NCBI GenBank assembly: GCA_051294905.1
Contig: CM119371.1
Location: 23,500,001 to 23,564,000 of the forward strand
Direction: 5' to 3'
From: Botryllus schlosseri
Lineage: Eukaryota
DNA length: 64,000 bases
Of the stretch, positions 1-13,199 are shown one piece after another. The notes under the pieces are model-generated. The model did not search any database. It was not told where the DNA came from and was given only the letters and a program-made list of their open reading frames with translations. The position numbers were made by a program, and so were the translations under genes. The number at the start of each line of letters is the position of its first letter. The stretch's first letter is position 1.

Positions 1-3000
1 CACACTCTGTAAGTTGTGTATGTTTCAATGCGCTGTCACAAATCCCGACAACAAATCGTATCAATTGCTGGATTCAATAGTAACGACGTGCCACTGTGAT
101 ATACCGACTCTACACTTAGTCGTTTCAATTACCCGTTGCGAATTTGACCAATAAAGCATCTTGCATCGGGTGTTCAATGTTTGAATAACAAAATTGTTGT
201 GTCATCTTTAGTCTTGGTTACTGGAAACAACTACATTTGTAAAAATATTTTCTGATATCCGTAATACGCAGAGTGATTTGTACCAACACGGAATATCTTT
301 CAAATCAAGAACATTTCAGACAAGTATAGTTTTACAAATCAATATGTTAATAACCACGGTAGTGAAAAGTTTGTTGCTGTCATAACATTTACCACAACGC
401 CGGGTCTAATTAACGCGAATAATTTAATAATCAAGTCATGATCAACTATTACATATGTCAAATCGATGTGTCAATCCTATGTTTACAGTATGATAACTTT
501 CAATGTAACACCGGTGTTCGATCGTAAGAAATGAATTTTTAACTACGTTGGTCAGACATTCAAATATCATATACTCAAAACATATGTTAATCTCAAGTCG
601 CCGACACTGAGAAGTAATTACTTTTGTCTTACAAAATATACCACATAGTAATTTCTTTGTCTTGCGGAATAGTAACGACTTTTACAGTTGAATAAAAATA
701 CGAGTTGGTGGACTATGAATACAACCAAACTTGCTATGGATTTTTGATTGTGGTGATTACTCGCGTAGTCTCGTCTACTTTTCATAAGGATACTTTTTGC
801 TTTGGTTGGGTAAGTTACAAACGGATTGACTTGACAAGGTTTTTTGTAATTTACTCTTTTGTGTATGGGAAGATGTTAAAATGTTGAGACGTAATACTAT
901 TTCCGTTCACTCGATTGCAACAAAAAATAACCTGATAGTTTGTTCAAGGTTTCGACAAATAGATTGAAATATTCCGATTTAACTCATCGCGTCACAAGTC
1001 GATCGCGGTATGCACAAGTGGTTGTCAAGTTAGAAATATTTACAACAGGTGTTATTTCATTGATTGATTCTATTGTGTGTAGTAACACATTAAAATATCG
1101 CGATAGTATTTCTGAAACTCTATTTTACAAACGGAAACGGAGTCGTGAATAGAGTTGTCAGTTTCAAGGATTGTTTCGAAGTATAATCTTGAAATGTGAC
1201 TGGGTGAAAGTTGGTAGTCATGTTTGTCAAACCTATTTCAATTCGCGCAATGTCAAAGTCCAAATATTTCATTCTGGATTATTTGGATTTACCTTTAGTA
1301 CATCCCGTGAATGGATTTAAAGTTGGCAAATTACCAAAATGATTTAATATTATCGGGTTAGAGATAGTTGGTATTGATTCTATAAGTGTTAAAACAGCGG
1401 TGTGGAATGTGTGAATGATCCGATGCGGGTGAATGTTGGCGTCAGTAATATTCAGGTTACGTTCGATTCAACAGATCGCGTTAATAGGATTTGTCAAAGG
1501 CTTTGAGTTGGGTCGAATCAATACATTCAAATACGATTCAACTTGATTTGTGTAGTGAGTTACATCTCAAGTTGACAAACTAACACATTGATTGAATATT
1601 TTCATGGATCTTATCACGCAACTAAAGTCAGCCACTATTCGCGAGGCGTGAAACATATAGCGATCGCAGGCAAGTGACAAATTGTTGGTTTTCGAATCAC
1701 CGTCTGCGACGGTTCTGGGACAAACTAATTACCGAAATATTACCTTGTGAGCGGGCATGAGGGATTGATATGTCTGAAGCATTATCCGGTGAGTGGTCGT
1801 TGGATTTTAAAATTATATCACACCCTTTTGAATAAGCGTTCACTTCACAGAGGATTAGGGTTAGAGCGGAAATAAGTGACAATTTGTCGCTATTCAAGTT
1901 ACCGACACTGGCGGTCTGTCATTCGTTACTTGTTAAATCTTACCAGCGAAATCAAGTTCTGTGACAAACTGATTACTAAAATTTCACCGCGTGAGCGATC
2001 GGTATGGTTATAACACCAAGTCGTGAAAGATGGTTATGTCCGAGACATTATCTTGTCAGTGATCGCGGGGTTTTGCAAATATTTCACACCTTTTTGAATA
2101 AGCGTTAACTTCACAAAGGATTACGGCTAGAATAGAAATAAGTGACAATTTGTTGGTATTCAAGTCTCGCCGGTGGTGTATCTGTTATTCGGCACTTATT
2201 ACACTTATCATGAAATTAGAGTGAGAACATAAAGCATCAAGTTGTTGTTTTCGAATTTTGATGTCGAGGTGATAAATTTACGCATTCAATTACAATTCAA
2301 CTTCGGTTGTGTATTGAGTGATAGATCGATATGCCGGAAGTGGTATCTTGTGAGCGATCGTAGGATTTTTACAAATATTTCACATCTATTTGAAGTGTTA
2401 GTTTGCGAACGCGACTATTGTTGATATTCGAATCACCGACTACGCCGGCTCTGTGGCAAACTAATTACCAAAATATTACTTGTGCGTAATTCCTACCTTT
2501 GTAACATCAAACCACGAGAGATGGCTATTCTGATGTGTTATCTTGCGAGCGCTTGTAGGGAATATTTCACATCTTTATGGAGTGTTAGGTTGTGAACGCG
2601 GCTATTGTTGGTATTCGAATCGCCGTCTACGCCGGTTCTGTGGTAAACTAAAACCAAGCGACTGATTCCTAGATTTAGCAAACTACTTCACACCCTTTTT
2701 GGTGAAAGTACGACATGCCACCCGCAGTCTATAAACGAAAGTACGAATCATCGCCGCGCCCATAAGAATAGCGATATATTAAAGTCGCACTCGCCGTAAA
2801 CGTTAGGATTAACTCGAATCGGTCATATATAATAATTTGGGATATACACATTAACTAACGACCAACCACGTGCCTATTTACTTGATGCATATTCAACACC
2901 GTGCGACAGATGTCTATACCCGAAAGGGCGATTCACGGCCGCACCCATAAGAACACATGGCGAGTCACCGGAGACCGCGTCAGAATACATGACAGGCGAT

Positions 3001-3236
3001 TCACCGCCACCGCCTATAGTAAAAAAGGCGAGTCACCAACACGAGTTTTCGCGGCGAGTCACCGACGCAGCCTATACCTGAAAGGGCGAATCATGACCGC
3101 ACCGATAAGTACACATGGCGACTCACCAGCGATAGGGGGGGGTCGAAAAGGGCGAATCACCAACACAGTTTCGCGGCGAGTCACCAGCGGGCCCATAAGA
3201 ACCCATTACGAATCGCGAGCGATCTATACTACTACT
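1..3236. mobile_element. Right arm of a decayed Polinton/Maverick-like element, copy 1 (continues left of the window)
   Basis: Colinear with 33191-35992 (diverged, with indels). Fragmented ORFan-like coding sequence, then complex subterminal repeats, ending in ...ATCTATACTACTACT at 3236 (reverse complement AGTAGTAGT, the typical Polinton terminus). No core gene (pPolB, integrase, ATPase, capsid) recognised. Confidence 0.55.
2700..3236. repeat. Repeat-rich terminal region (putative TIR) of the Polinton-like element
   Basis: Iterated CCCATAAGAA, GCGAGTCACC and CCTATACC(C/T)GAAAG motifs; the same motif set recurs at about 35395-35992. Confidence 0.75.
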
Positions 3237-3573
3237 CTCGTCTCTTTGGAACTGCCGCCTGCTCAAATGACACTTACAATCACGCCACAAGAGACAACAC
3301 CACAAGTCGATGCGGTTATAATATTATAATAATACGACACCAGAAACTCATAACACGATGCTCACAGACACATATAACGGAACCCAGACCATCTATAACT
3401 CCTACACCAAACACACAAAGCACACTGTACAGCAAACTGTGACGCAACTGCACGCAAACATACCCATCAGCCCACAGCCAACCATCTGCGCAGATATCCC
3501 GACCGGTACATCCTACTCAAGCCTGCAAATACAAGGCCAACTACCTACTACTTCACGCCCTAACTGCCTAATA

Positions 3574-4698
3574 TAGTGTTACCATAACGTCCGGAATTTC
3601 CCGGACATGTCCGGAATTTCACTGTTCAAGTTAGCGTCCGGGAGGAATTTCTAAAATATGCCAAATGTCCGGAATTTTGAAGACTTGACGTAGGCTCATA
3701 ATTTTTTCGTAAATCAACATAAAAACTTTATTTTCGGGACTATTTATGCTGATATACATGTTATTTTTCTTCGCGCTACGCGCGATTTACTATCACATTT
3801 ATTGATTTCAATATGGCGTCTAGGACTACCACCCTCGCAAAAAATGCAATAAGATATAAATAAAACAACCTTCATTTACTGGAATAAGCCCAATTGTAAT
3901 CGTATTTATAGGAGAACGGTATCTTCCTAGAGATCGTTAAGGCCGCTTAAATGCTTTATTCAAAGATAGTGGTTCCAAACGTTGGGGTCGTTTTCCTTCA
4001 TTCTGTGGTTTGCGAATATGTTGAACGTAATCAGCTTCCTAAATAGCCCGTGAGTAAGTCTGGGCAAAGCTGCTGACTTCTTTTAGTAATCGGCTCGTCA
4101 AATTTGGATCTGGGCCACGGAACATTTCAAATTGGAGATGGAGTCGCGACCATAAATGGTTGGAAACCACTGGATCTGGGGTGTTTATAAAGCACCGTGG
4201 TGCGCACCGGCATGAGGCTGATAAACAATCTTATCGGTAGGACATAGACATGACTTAACGATGTGCAATTACGCTCCCTGTGTTTTCGAACTCATCATCC
4301 TCCGTTAGCTCTACCGCTAACTCTGATCATGAGGGCGGAGAGTAGTATAGTAATATACGGAACAACCAATATTATTGACAGAATTCATTCAAAAAAATTT
4401 AACGACCAAATGCATATAGAAACCAGATTCATATAGCAAGCACCCCCTCCCGCCCTAGAAGTTGCATCGATTACCCCATAGTGTGGGCTCAAAATCATTG
4501 TATATTTGGGCGGGAAGATGCTGTAAACAAGTGCTTTCGGTCCCGGTTACACAACACACAGCCACATACTCCTGAACCGGATCGTCACCTGGTCTATGAG
4601 CAAAACTTTGCTAGCGTGACGTCATAACTCATTTTGAAATCCGGTAGTGGGCGCTGAAGAGTGTCCGGAATTTGGGTCACAGAAATATGGTAACCCTA
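3574..4698. mobile_element. hAT-type MITE, TCCGGA-motif family, with a nested smaller hAT MITE (about 3967-4172)
   Basis: TIR TAGTGTTACCATA / TATGGTAACCCTA; 8-bp TSD GCCTAATA (3566-3573, 4699-4706); second copy at 57407-58230. Confidence 0.9.
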
Positions 4699-5310
4699 GC
4701 CTAATACCACCACTACTTCATGCCACTGCTCCAAACTACTAATACTTCGCGCTACCAAACACAGAGACAAACTCACTCGCATCCATCTTCAGCCGCGCTC
4801 TCAGCCAACTCCTTGCTCAACTAACTCAACAAGCGGTTTCCAGCCATACCACGCGCAACAATATTCTAAACGTCAATTACAGAACATTCTGAAAACCTCG
4901 CTTTTCCACACCTTATTAACCATGCTTAATGTTTATACCCAATACAAACTGAGTGTGACCACCACGAAGTCACATTTTCACGTCGGAATACACTATTGTG
5001 ACGCCATTTGGACAATTAAAATCGCGATATTGTCCCGAGCCGCTACTGATAGTAAGACAATGGACACTGGATTGACTATTATCCAATTTGATCCAATTGT
5101 TTACGAAAGGTCCGAGTGTATTTATGTGACCAAATTACTCGGCCTAATAAAGGAATCGTCAACGTAACCGTAAACGCAATCACATTGCTACGTATATTGG
5201 CAATTCATGTTTCGCGACATTTCTAAAATTAGGAAGTATAGAAACAGTCATCTACTGTACAGAATTATGGTAAAGTAATCAGTAATAGTAAATAATGCTT
5301 TTTTTTGTAG

Positions 5311-5478
5311 CTCTCAAATCTGTATGTAATCGATGCAAAAATGCCTGCTGAAACTTTTCGTGAAATCGCAATCACCCTCAAGACCACATGTTGCAAAGAG
5401 ATACAGTTCCAAAACTGCGAGTTGACGACACGGAAGCTCTCTGAATTCTTCATTGGATGTAAAGACAACCATCTATCT
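5311..5478 (+). CDS. 168-nt phase-0 exon, LRR-type (NLR-like): LSNLYVIDAKMPAETFREIAITLKTTCCKEIQFQNCELTTRKLSEFFIGCKDNHLS
   Basis: Polypyrimidine tract + TAG acceptor, GTAAGT donor, 56 open codons; aligns by eye with exon 8332-8499. Confidence 0.7.
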
Positions 5479-5704
5479 GTAAGTTGAAAGAATGTTCCTG
5501 AAAGGCGAATTGTTTAGATTGGGTGTGAGCATCAGGGCGATCGTGATCTGTCGGTACATAGCGAGATCCAATCGAGAGCCACGCAATACAAACCATATGA
5601 CTCATTGGGTGAAAAGGGCAATATTGACATGAATTAGTCATTACTCGTGAGATTGGTAGACCACGGAGACGTCTGCATCTGTGAAGTAGAAAGCGACTTA
5701 CTAG

Positions 5705-6210
5705 TAGGGCTGGGCAAATTCGAGTACCTGAGTGATTCGATTCTGAATCACGTAATATGCTTCGAGTCGAGTCGAGTAATCGAGTATCACTCATTATGAC
5801 GTCATAACAGAACGTGATGTGTGAAGGTTTAAATATGTATCTTTTATGCCACCACGAAGAATATAATGCCTGTTATCCATCACATAAAATATATTTTGGT
5901 ATTTTTCGATCATACCGATTTTATTGCACTTGGTGACAATGTTGCGGGATGTTGGAAATCTGCTAGTTCCAGCAACTTCGCAGCTTTGTACTATATGTTC
6001 CGTATGCTACGATACGGCCAATCAAGGTTTCAAGGCTTCAACAGTGAAAATTACTGTCGAAACTATAATTTTCGATGATAAATTAACTTCCAGTGGCGAG
6101 GAGCGTATAATTCCAGTACTCGAAAAAATCTTCTTTCACTACTCGACTCGAATCATTACAATTAATACTCGATTCAGATTCGAGTGCTCGAATCATTATG
6201 CCCAGCCCTA
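5705..6210. mobile_element. hAT-type MITE, TCGAGT/ATTCGA-motif family
   Basis: TIR TAGGGCTGGGCA / TGCCCAGCCCTA; TSD CTTACTAG; second copy at 11433-11942. Confidence 0.92.
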
Positions 6211-8331
6211 CTTACTAGTGATCACCCCCTGGTCTGGATCGGAATAAAATAATCAAAGTTACTTCAATATATCACAGAGGTAGTTGAAAATTGGCATGGA
6301 TTCGTTCTGAATGTGCATCAGTCGGTTTTGTCACTACTTGATATATATGATGTCCTATATTAAAGTCGGATATAATCGTAATTTGATGGAAAAGTTGAGT
6401 TTTGATGCATGAGAACACAAATGCACAAATTACCGGACATGATGATTTCTAGAGTTCGCCATTTCGTCGACATATTTGGTGCTAGAATAGGCACATAATC
6501 GAAACATGATCAAAATCTGCGTAAGCCTATCATGCGACTTGGTCAACTACATCTAGCCTACTCCATATAGCAGGGGTGGGCAATTATTTACTCAGCAGGC
6601 CAAATTAAAAGCAGGAGATACGTTGGCGGGCTGAATCAAAAATTTAAATGATAATCTGCGGCGTATTAGTTGTTTTTATAAATTGACACAGTGAATGACA
6701 TTGTTCATGTTCACACATGCTGCTCAGTATATGTGTTGATATTAGGCCATGAGAAAGTCACGGGTAATTGACATTATAATTCAGAACAACACTAACATCA
6801 TAATTTTTAACTATGTTGTATTCCACGGACACGTTTTTCTAGTGAGATATTAAAATGAATTTAGGATACTGCAATTCCTGTCTTGGTCGCCGCCTTCCAA
6901 GTAGTGTGCAGCGTGGTGAAATAGCCTTGTTGCTGATGGAAACTAGCAGTGTTTCCTAAATTCGCCCTCCCCTAGCAGAGTGTCTATATTCGTGTTTTTC
7001 CGTCCTCAAACCGACCTAATATATACTCCACGGCGGCCTGATTGCCACAGACTATGATGATGGGTTCACCTCTGACTCCAATATACAAATATTTGGTACT
7101 CAGAATCTTTTTTGGAATTTCGTCAGGCGGCCCGCACTTTCCATTTTTGAGATGCTCGGACGTTTATCGCTTATGGGCGATGATGACTGATTAAGCACGG
7201 ACACTGGACACTGATTGACTGGTTTTTACGAATTGGGGATTTCGAAATGCATCACGTAACAATTTGGGCAGGCTGCGTACTTGAGACTCCTGCCATATAC
7301 GGCTATGAGAGGGATTGCATATTAATTCTGTGTGGTGCAGGTGTCTCTGCGCATGAGAAAACAAAGAGACAAGTTCGAGATAATTATAGTCGCCAGCGAA
7401 TACATTTGTTAAAAAAAAACATGAAAATTGCTAATTCTGTTGCTAGCCCGTGTTGGCGTTGATCATCTTCTACGTTTTTCAGATGCTGAAAATGTCAGCT
7501 GTAAACTATGTAACAGAGTATGTAGTGTACGGCCAACGGGTTCCAGAATTGAACTTGATTGCTATCGAATAAAACGGCGTTCGTCAACTTCGCTTTGATG
7601 ACCGCATTGATCAGATGGTCTCTGGGGTTAATATTTACGGACCATGATTGTATTCCTATTGTTAATTCTACAGTTCCTTATACACCCGGAACTCACATTT
7701 GATTATTTCACAACGTTCAATCGTTAATATTCTACCAGTAGACATTCTATAAGCGATCATTATATTCTACCCGTCATATCATCAATAGTATTTCTTTTAT
7801 TGAAAGTTTATGCAAACATGTGGTAATATATATATGTGTTCAATATCTCGGCAATGAAAATGAAAAAAAAATATATAAATTTATTGAGTCGATTGATATT
7901 GACCATGGTATCAATAACAACTATATTTGGAAGAATGCTAACTAGCTTTTAATACTTTGGAGCTGTGTTATCTAAAATTGCTTATTAATTATATACCTGA
8001 CTGTCAATTGGAGTATAGGTACCCTAACTTTATTTAAAAACGAACGGTTGGATCAAATTCACATCCCTATGTCGAGCATGATCGATAAATCATATGTAAC
8101 TGTGTGGTGTCTTTAGATGGGGGTGCAAATTTTCAATAGAATTTGGAAATTCATTCCTTATTCTTTATTGTGGTCTGCATTTATACGAATGCATTGATGT
8201 AGTTAGCATACAATTCGCCATATCATTGGATATGTGGAAAGTATATTATATCAATGCGAGGTAAAATGATATAATATAACCTAAGTCAAAATCACTTTTG
8301 AGTATAATTCACACATATTTGTTTCATACAG

Positions 8332-8499
8332 ATTTCGAGACTGAACATCTTGGATAGTACAATGCTTCCAGACGCTTATTACGACGTGGCAAATATCGTC
8401 AAAATCACCAAATGTACTAGTCTGTGTGTCCGATATTGTGATTTGTCAAAACAGAATTTGGAAAGCTTGGGTAAGGGTTGCAAGGAAAGTCACAGCTTG
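8332..8499 (+). CDS. 168-nt phase-0 LRR-type exon: ISRLNILDSTMLPDAYYDVANIVKITKCTSLCVRYCDLSKQNLESLGKGCKESHSL
   Basis: TTTCATACAG acceptor, GTAAGT donor, 56 open codons, LxVxxCxL pattern; size typical of two-repeat LRR exons of NLR genes. Confidence 0.75.
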
Positions 8500-8639
8500 G
8501 TAAGTTGGTCAATTTTATTTTTCATCCCAACTTTTCTAAAAAGAAATCGAATCCGAAAACCACAAGATCACCAAAAATATTTGAAAGGCATTTCATTTTT
8601 TGTCCAGATGTCCATTATGGTCCATGGTTATTGTTGCTG

Positions 8640-8878
8640 ATGTTGTTTGTGATATTCATTGTGTTTTCGACTACAATGGTCATTCACACTGAACCGATTA
8701 AATATATTTTGATTCCTTATCTATGCCGACACCGCTTGTGCGGATTAAATGGTGTGGAGGAGCCTAGATAAACCTGTAAACCTTAGTAAGGGATTCAGGA
8801 GTCGACCTCGGTCGTACTCGAACCCGCAACCTACTGGTGTTGCAACTGTGGACCATACCACTACGCTATTTCGGCACC
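8640..8878 (-). mobile_element. tRNA-derived SINE, copy 1
   Basis: Minus strand has A-box-like TAGCGTAGTGG and B-box-like GGTTCGAGT, then a body (GTTTATCTAGGCTCCTCC) shared with 20368-20660 and 58445-58620. Confidence 0.7.
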
Positions 8879-9749
8879 CAGCACGTCAGAATTCCTCATA
8901 TTTACATTCGCTATTGTGGCATTTACATCACAGGACGTCGGAAACGGTGGGATTACTTGAGATGGCAGGCTTCTTCACATAAAAATGACTGCACAGTTCA
9001 GATGAGCGGGGTCAGCACTCTCAAAGTTAGGAGTCAGCAAACGTTTTATCTGGTGTTATGTATTCATAATCGACATCTATTCGCGTTACGCACAATAGTG
9101 TAATTAGTGCGGAGATTATACATTTTGCATTAAAAATGAACATATTGACAATTGTTGATATTAAGAAACTTAATTTCGAAAAAATGTTGCGTTCAAGTTT
9201 TAAAAAAAGGGATTTATATCGAAGTGGCGTATAACGTACGTAGAGTATATAGTCGCTCCTAGTATATACTCAATTACGAGACATTTTGTAGAATGTCATG
9301 TTGCATTTTATGGCAGCCCAAAAGCAATCAATTGAATTATTCTCTTGCCGAACACCTGCGACCCGACATACATTATTGTTTGTCTCGTGAAGAACTGCAA
9401 AGTTTGAAAGGTGTGACTTCCGTGCCATTAATTTTTGATTTAGTTTAAGGCAGGGATCGCCAACTCAAAACGGGTAGAGGGCTCTTTTCAAATTTCATTG
9501 AGGCCGTGGGCCGCAAGAATGCAATATCGAGACAAAATAGACCACACTTAAGCAACCATTACTTATATACGCCACTACAACGCTGTGCTCTCTAACTTTG
9601 GCGAATGGCATAGTTCCAGCCAAAAGTACTATTTGATTAAAGAAATGCAAAGATCATGATCATCTATTTAATATTATTTTGAAATATGAGCTGCGCACGA
9701 TACCCAACTACACTTTTCAGCGAATAAGGAATCAATATTTAGTCTAGCG

Positions 9750-11059
9750 CAGTGGTTCCCAAAGGGTGGGGAATTCAATGGTTTCTGTTGGGGAATAGAC
9801 GCATTTGTTCAAAATTATATAGAGGAGAGTCTACATATTCACGGAGACACATGCGCAATTACCGTTACCAGTTAAATGCTCTGGAATGTATGTATCGAAA
9901 ATTATTTTGCGTGTTGTTCACAAAACCTCATTTTTAACTCTGGATGGCCAATGATGGCTTCACAAACGCATCCAGCACGACTAGTTTGACGTGAGATAAC
10001 TCTTTCGCGAAATTTTGAGCGTTACTGGTATCGGTTCACAATACGTTTTATGATGCAGTTATAGACGATTGTCTTGCGTACTGGTGTAGTTGTGTGTCTT
10101 GTATAGTCAAACCAGCAAATAGCTGCTCTGTGATGACAGAGTGATGGGTAGTGGGGAACAGGACCGTAACTGCCGCACTCCAACCCCGCGATTTAATATT
10201 GCCGAATATCTTATTATTGGGAACCCGTCCCTCACGAAAATACGTAGAATTTATAGAAATGGAGACTTCGGCGTCGGCCATTACTGCGCCACGACGCACC
10301 AGGCATATGAAGTTGTAAGCCATGTAACATGCAACTCCGAGAAGTGTGCCAGAACGATCAGCAGCGAGAAGACCTTGGCCGAGAAGGAATGCCCTTCTGG
10401 TGACCCAAAACTTCGATGTATATACAATATACATATATGTTTAATTGGCTAAATGGCTGGCGCCGAATGTTCCTGTTCTGGCGATCTGAACATCACAGGG
10501 CAAAATCCCGCAGGGAAAAATTATTTGCCAGTAAAGCAATACCAATTTGACATCGTGTGTGCCTTTTACTTTTGGCGATTTCCATATCTTTTGATGCAGC
10601 AGATAGGAGGTCACGAAATAGCATGATGTAACTAAGTCAATATACCAACGGGACCGCCGAAGATGTTCAATTCATATTTAGGGGTCCTACCTTTTCCAAC
10701 ACACCTCACTCAGCTCTAACGACCAATCTGATTACGTGAGCAGAGAGGGGATGAAAAATTGATAGCAAAATATATGCAGTTCCCGATCATATTGGCCGAT
10801 GCAAACACTAATTATATAAATTTTTCGCGCTTTGCGCATTTAGTCAAAATAAGGCGACGCACTAAACAGTAGACCTAATGTAACTGATAAGTTGCAGGGG
10901 AAAAGCGTACAGGCTCAGCGGGGCTGAGGGGGTTCTGGGGGGCCAAGACCGACGGTTTTGTGGCGGGGCTGACAAAGTGCTGTTACGGTCCTGGTGGGGA
11001 ATTAGGGCTCGGAATTAATATGAGCTGGGGAATGAAGACAAAAAGGTTGGGAACCACTG
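9750..11059. mobile_element. Non-autonomous hAT (Charlie/Tip100-like termini)
   Basis: TIR CAGTGGTTCCCAA / TTGGGAACCACTG; perfect TSD GTCTAGCG. Confidence 0.9.
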
Positions 11060-11432
11060 GTCTAGCGAGACACTGCATTAGCTGAAAAACTATATATCTC
11101 AGTCGTAAAGCTTCATCTTACGGGGAGCAATAAGCTCTTTTCTAAGCGTCTCGGTCTTTGCAGTGTCTCAGCAATCGCACGCCATGGCATTATGCCGAAT
11201 TGCCGATTCATATCAGATGATTCTTATTCGATAGAATGCTGTAGCCATTTCAGCTAGCGAGGAATAATGATGCAAGGCACAATATAATAGCTTAGTTTGC
11301 AAACAGCAACAACAATATTTTGAAACTGAAAACAATTTCGTCATTTCAAACTGCTTTACTTCGCGTTCTTCCAAAATCTGTAATCAGTTCGCCGGTCGCA
11401 AATATGACTGCGGGCCGCGTATTGGTGATACC

Positions 11433-11942
11433 TAGGGCTGGGCAAAATCGAGTACCTGAGTGATTCGATTCTGAATCAAGTAAAATGCTTCGAGTCGAGT
11501 CGAGTATTCGAGTATCACTCATTATGACGTCACAGCAGAATGTACTATGTCAAAGTTAAAATATGTACCTTTTATGCCATCACGAAGAACATAATACCTG
11601 TTATCCGTCACATTAATGATACTTCGGTATGTTTTCGACCATACCGACTTCATTGCACTTCTTGACAATGTTGTGGAACGATCATGACTTCGGAAATGTG
11701 TTATTTCCAGTAACGTTCGTAGCTTTGTACTATGTCTATCATGCTATGCCAATCAATGTTTCAAGGCTTCCCCAGTGGAAAATATTATCAAAACCATAAT
11801 TCTTGTTAGTTCATTAACTTTCAGTTGTGAGGAGCGTACAATTTCAGTACTCGAAAAAAATCGTCTTTTACTACTCGACTCGAATCATTAAAATTAATAC
11901 TCGATTCAGATTCGAGTACTCGAATCATTGTGCCCAGCCCTA
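11433..11942. mobile_element. hAT MITE, same family as 5705-6210
   Basis: Same TIRs and internal sequence; TSD GTGATACC, which is part of the host element's right TIR. Confidence 0.92.
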
Positions 11943-12920
11943 GTGATACCCAGTTAAAGGTAAGATACGTTTTAGCCATGCTCAAGTCAGGAAATAAAAG
12001 GGATTAGGCAATTAGCTGAAATTCGGCAGAAATTATCGACTCATGCAGAGTTCATAAACTTCGTTTCGCTCAGGCGACATCGCCCCCTTTCAGATGTTTT
12101 CACGCCCCCACTTTGGAAAACATTGGGATAGAACCCCACAAAAAGGTTCGCGTTCACACAAACCAGAACTTTTCAAGGGTTCCAACCATCTCTTTTTTTC
12201 TGCGTTTCTGATTGGAACTGTCTGTACATACGAAGGAAGTTAGCAAGAATAGAAAATAAACGTTCAAGAGCAGCACCTGTTTGCTGGCAGTATTGAAGTT
12301 AAGCGTATAGTGCTGGAGTTTTAATTACAAAACCCGTTGCTTCATACCGGTGATGTTGTCTACATCGAAATATTTAGACCCCAACATCTCGCGATCCACC
12401 CATACGTTAAGAACCACTATGCTATGATAACCAATGTCGACCACGCAGTCAAGATTCAGATTTGAGATATCGCGTGAACTTGTAAAAACGTCAGACCTAC
12501 TGAAATTTCACTCCGTTATAGTTGGGATTTTCATCGCTCCAAGTCAAATGATTTGTTTCATTCGGTTGTTTATCATTCACTATGACTAGTTAATTAGTCA
12601 TCTACAACAACGGGCCTATAAACTGATACAATGTGTAAAATGTCAAATTATAAGTTGACCGACAGGCAAAAAAACTTTTGAATTCTTAAACTTCGTTAAG
12701 TAACGACAGTTCCAAACAGATAAGTGCTCCACATCTAACATTTTTCGAAGCAATGCCCAATTAAATAGTTAAGGTCAAAAGTTTATTATGCATTTTTTTA
12801 ATGTCAGAAAATGCCAAAATTCTAATTTTGATAGGTCAAAAAATACTCGCCCGATTTATAGGAAAGGTATATTTCATTACGTGATATGAATATAACAAGA
12901 TCTATACATGTTGATTTCAG

Positions 12921-13091
12921 ATTCCTAAATTTGGGATTGATTGGTCAAATATAACTGCAACTGATGATCATATATCAATTCTGTGTGACTTGATGGCGAT
13001 TGTTGGAGAGATGCTGGCTCTATTTAATTTGGAAATTGATGCTGAAAGAAAGCAAAGACTAATAGATGCACTTCACCTCGAAAACTCTAAG
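12921..13091 (+). CDS. 171-nt phase-0 exon, divergent LRR-type: IPKFGIDWSNITATDDHISILCDLMAIVGEMLALFNLEIDAERKQRLIDALHLENSK
   Basis: TTGATTTCAG acceptor, AAG|GTCAGA donor, 57 open codons. Confidence 0.7.
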
Positions 13092-13199
13092 GTCAGATTC
13101 TGACTCCGTACCAAGTGTTTAATATTCTATTCACTGCTACCTTGCATTGGTAATCCCTCCACTTTTCGAGTCGGCAAGGAGTACTCTCGTTACGCTCGG

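Larger units (their letters stand above)
9451..11952. mobile_element. Outer hAT MITE hosting two nested insertions
   Basis: Left end CAGGGATCGCCAA; right end TTGGTGATACC[insertion]CA; near-TSD GTTTAAGG / GTTAAAGG. Confidence 0.7.

Noticed and set aside
2901..3329. 142-aa ORF as a gene
   Set aside because: Runs through terminal repeats and across the element boundary; not conserved in copy 2.
3240..4900. C/A-rich flank as a host gene
   Set aside because: No splice structure or long ORF; at most a very decayed LINE ORF1 remnant, too weak to call.
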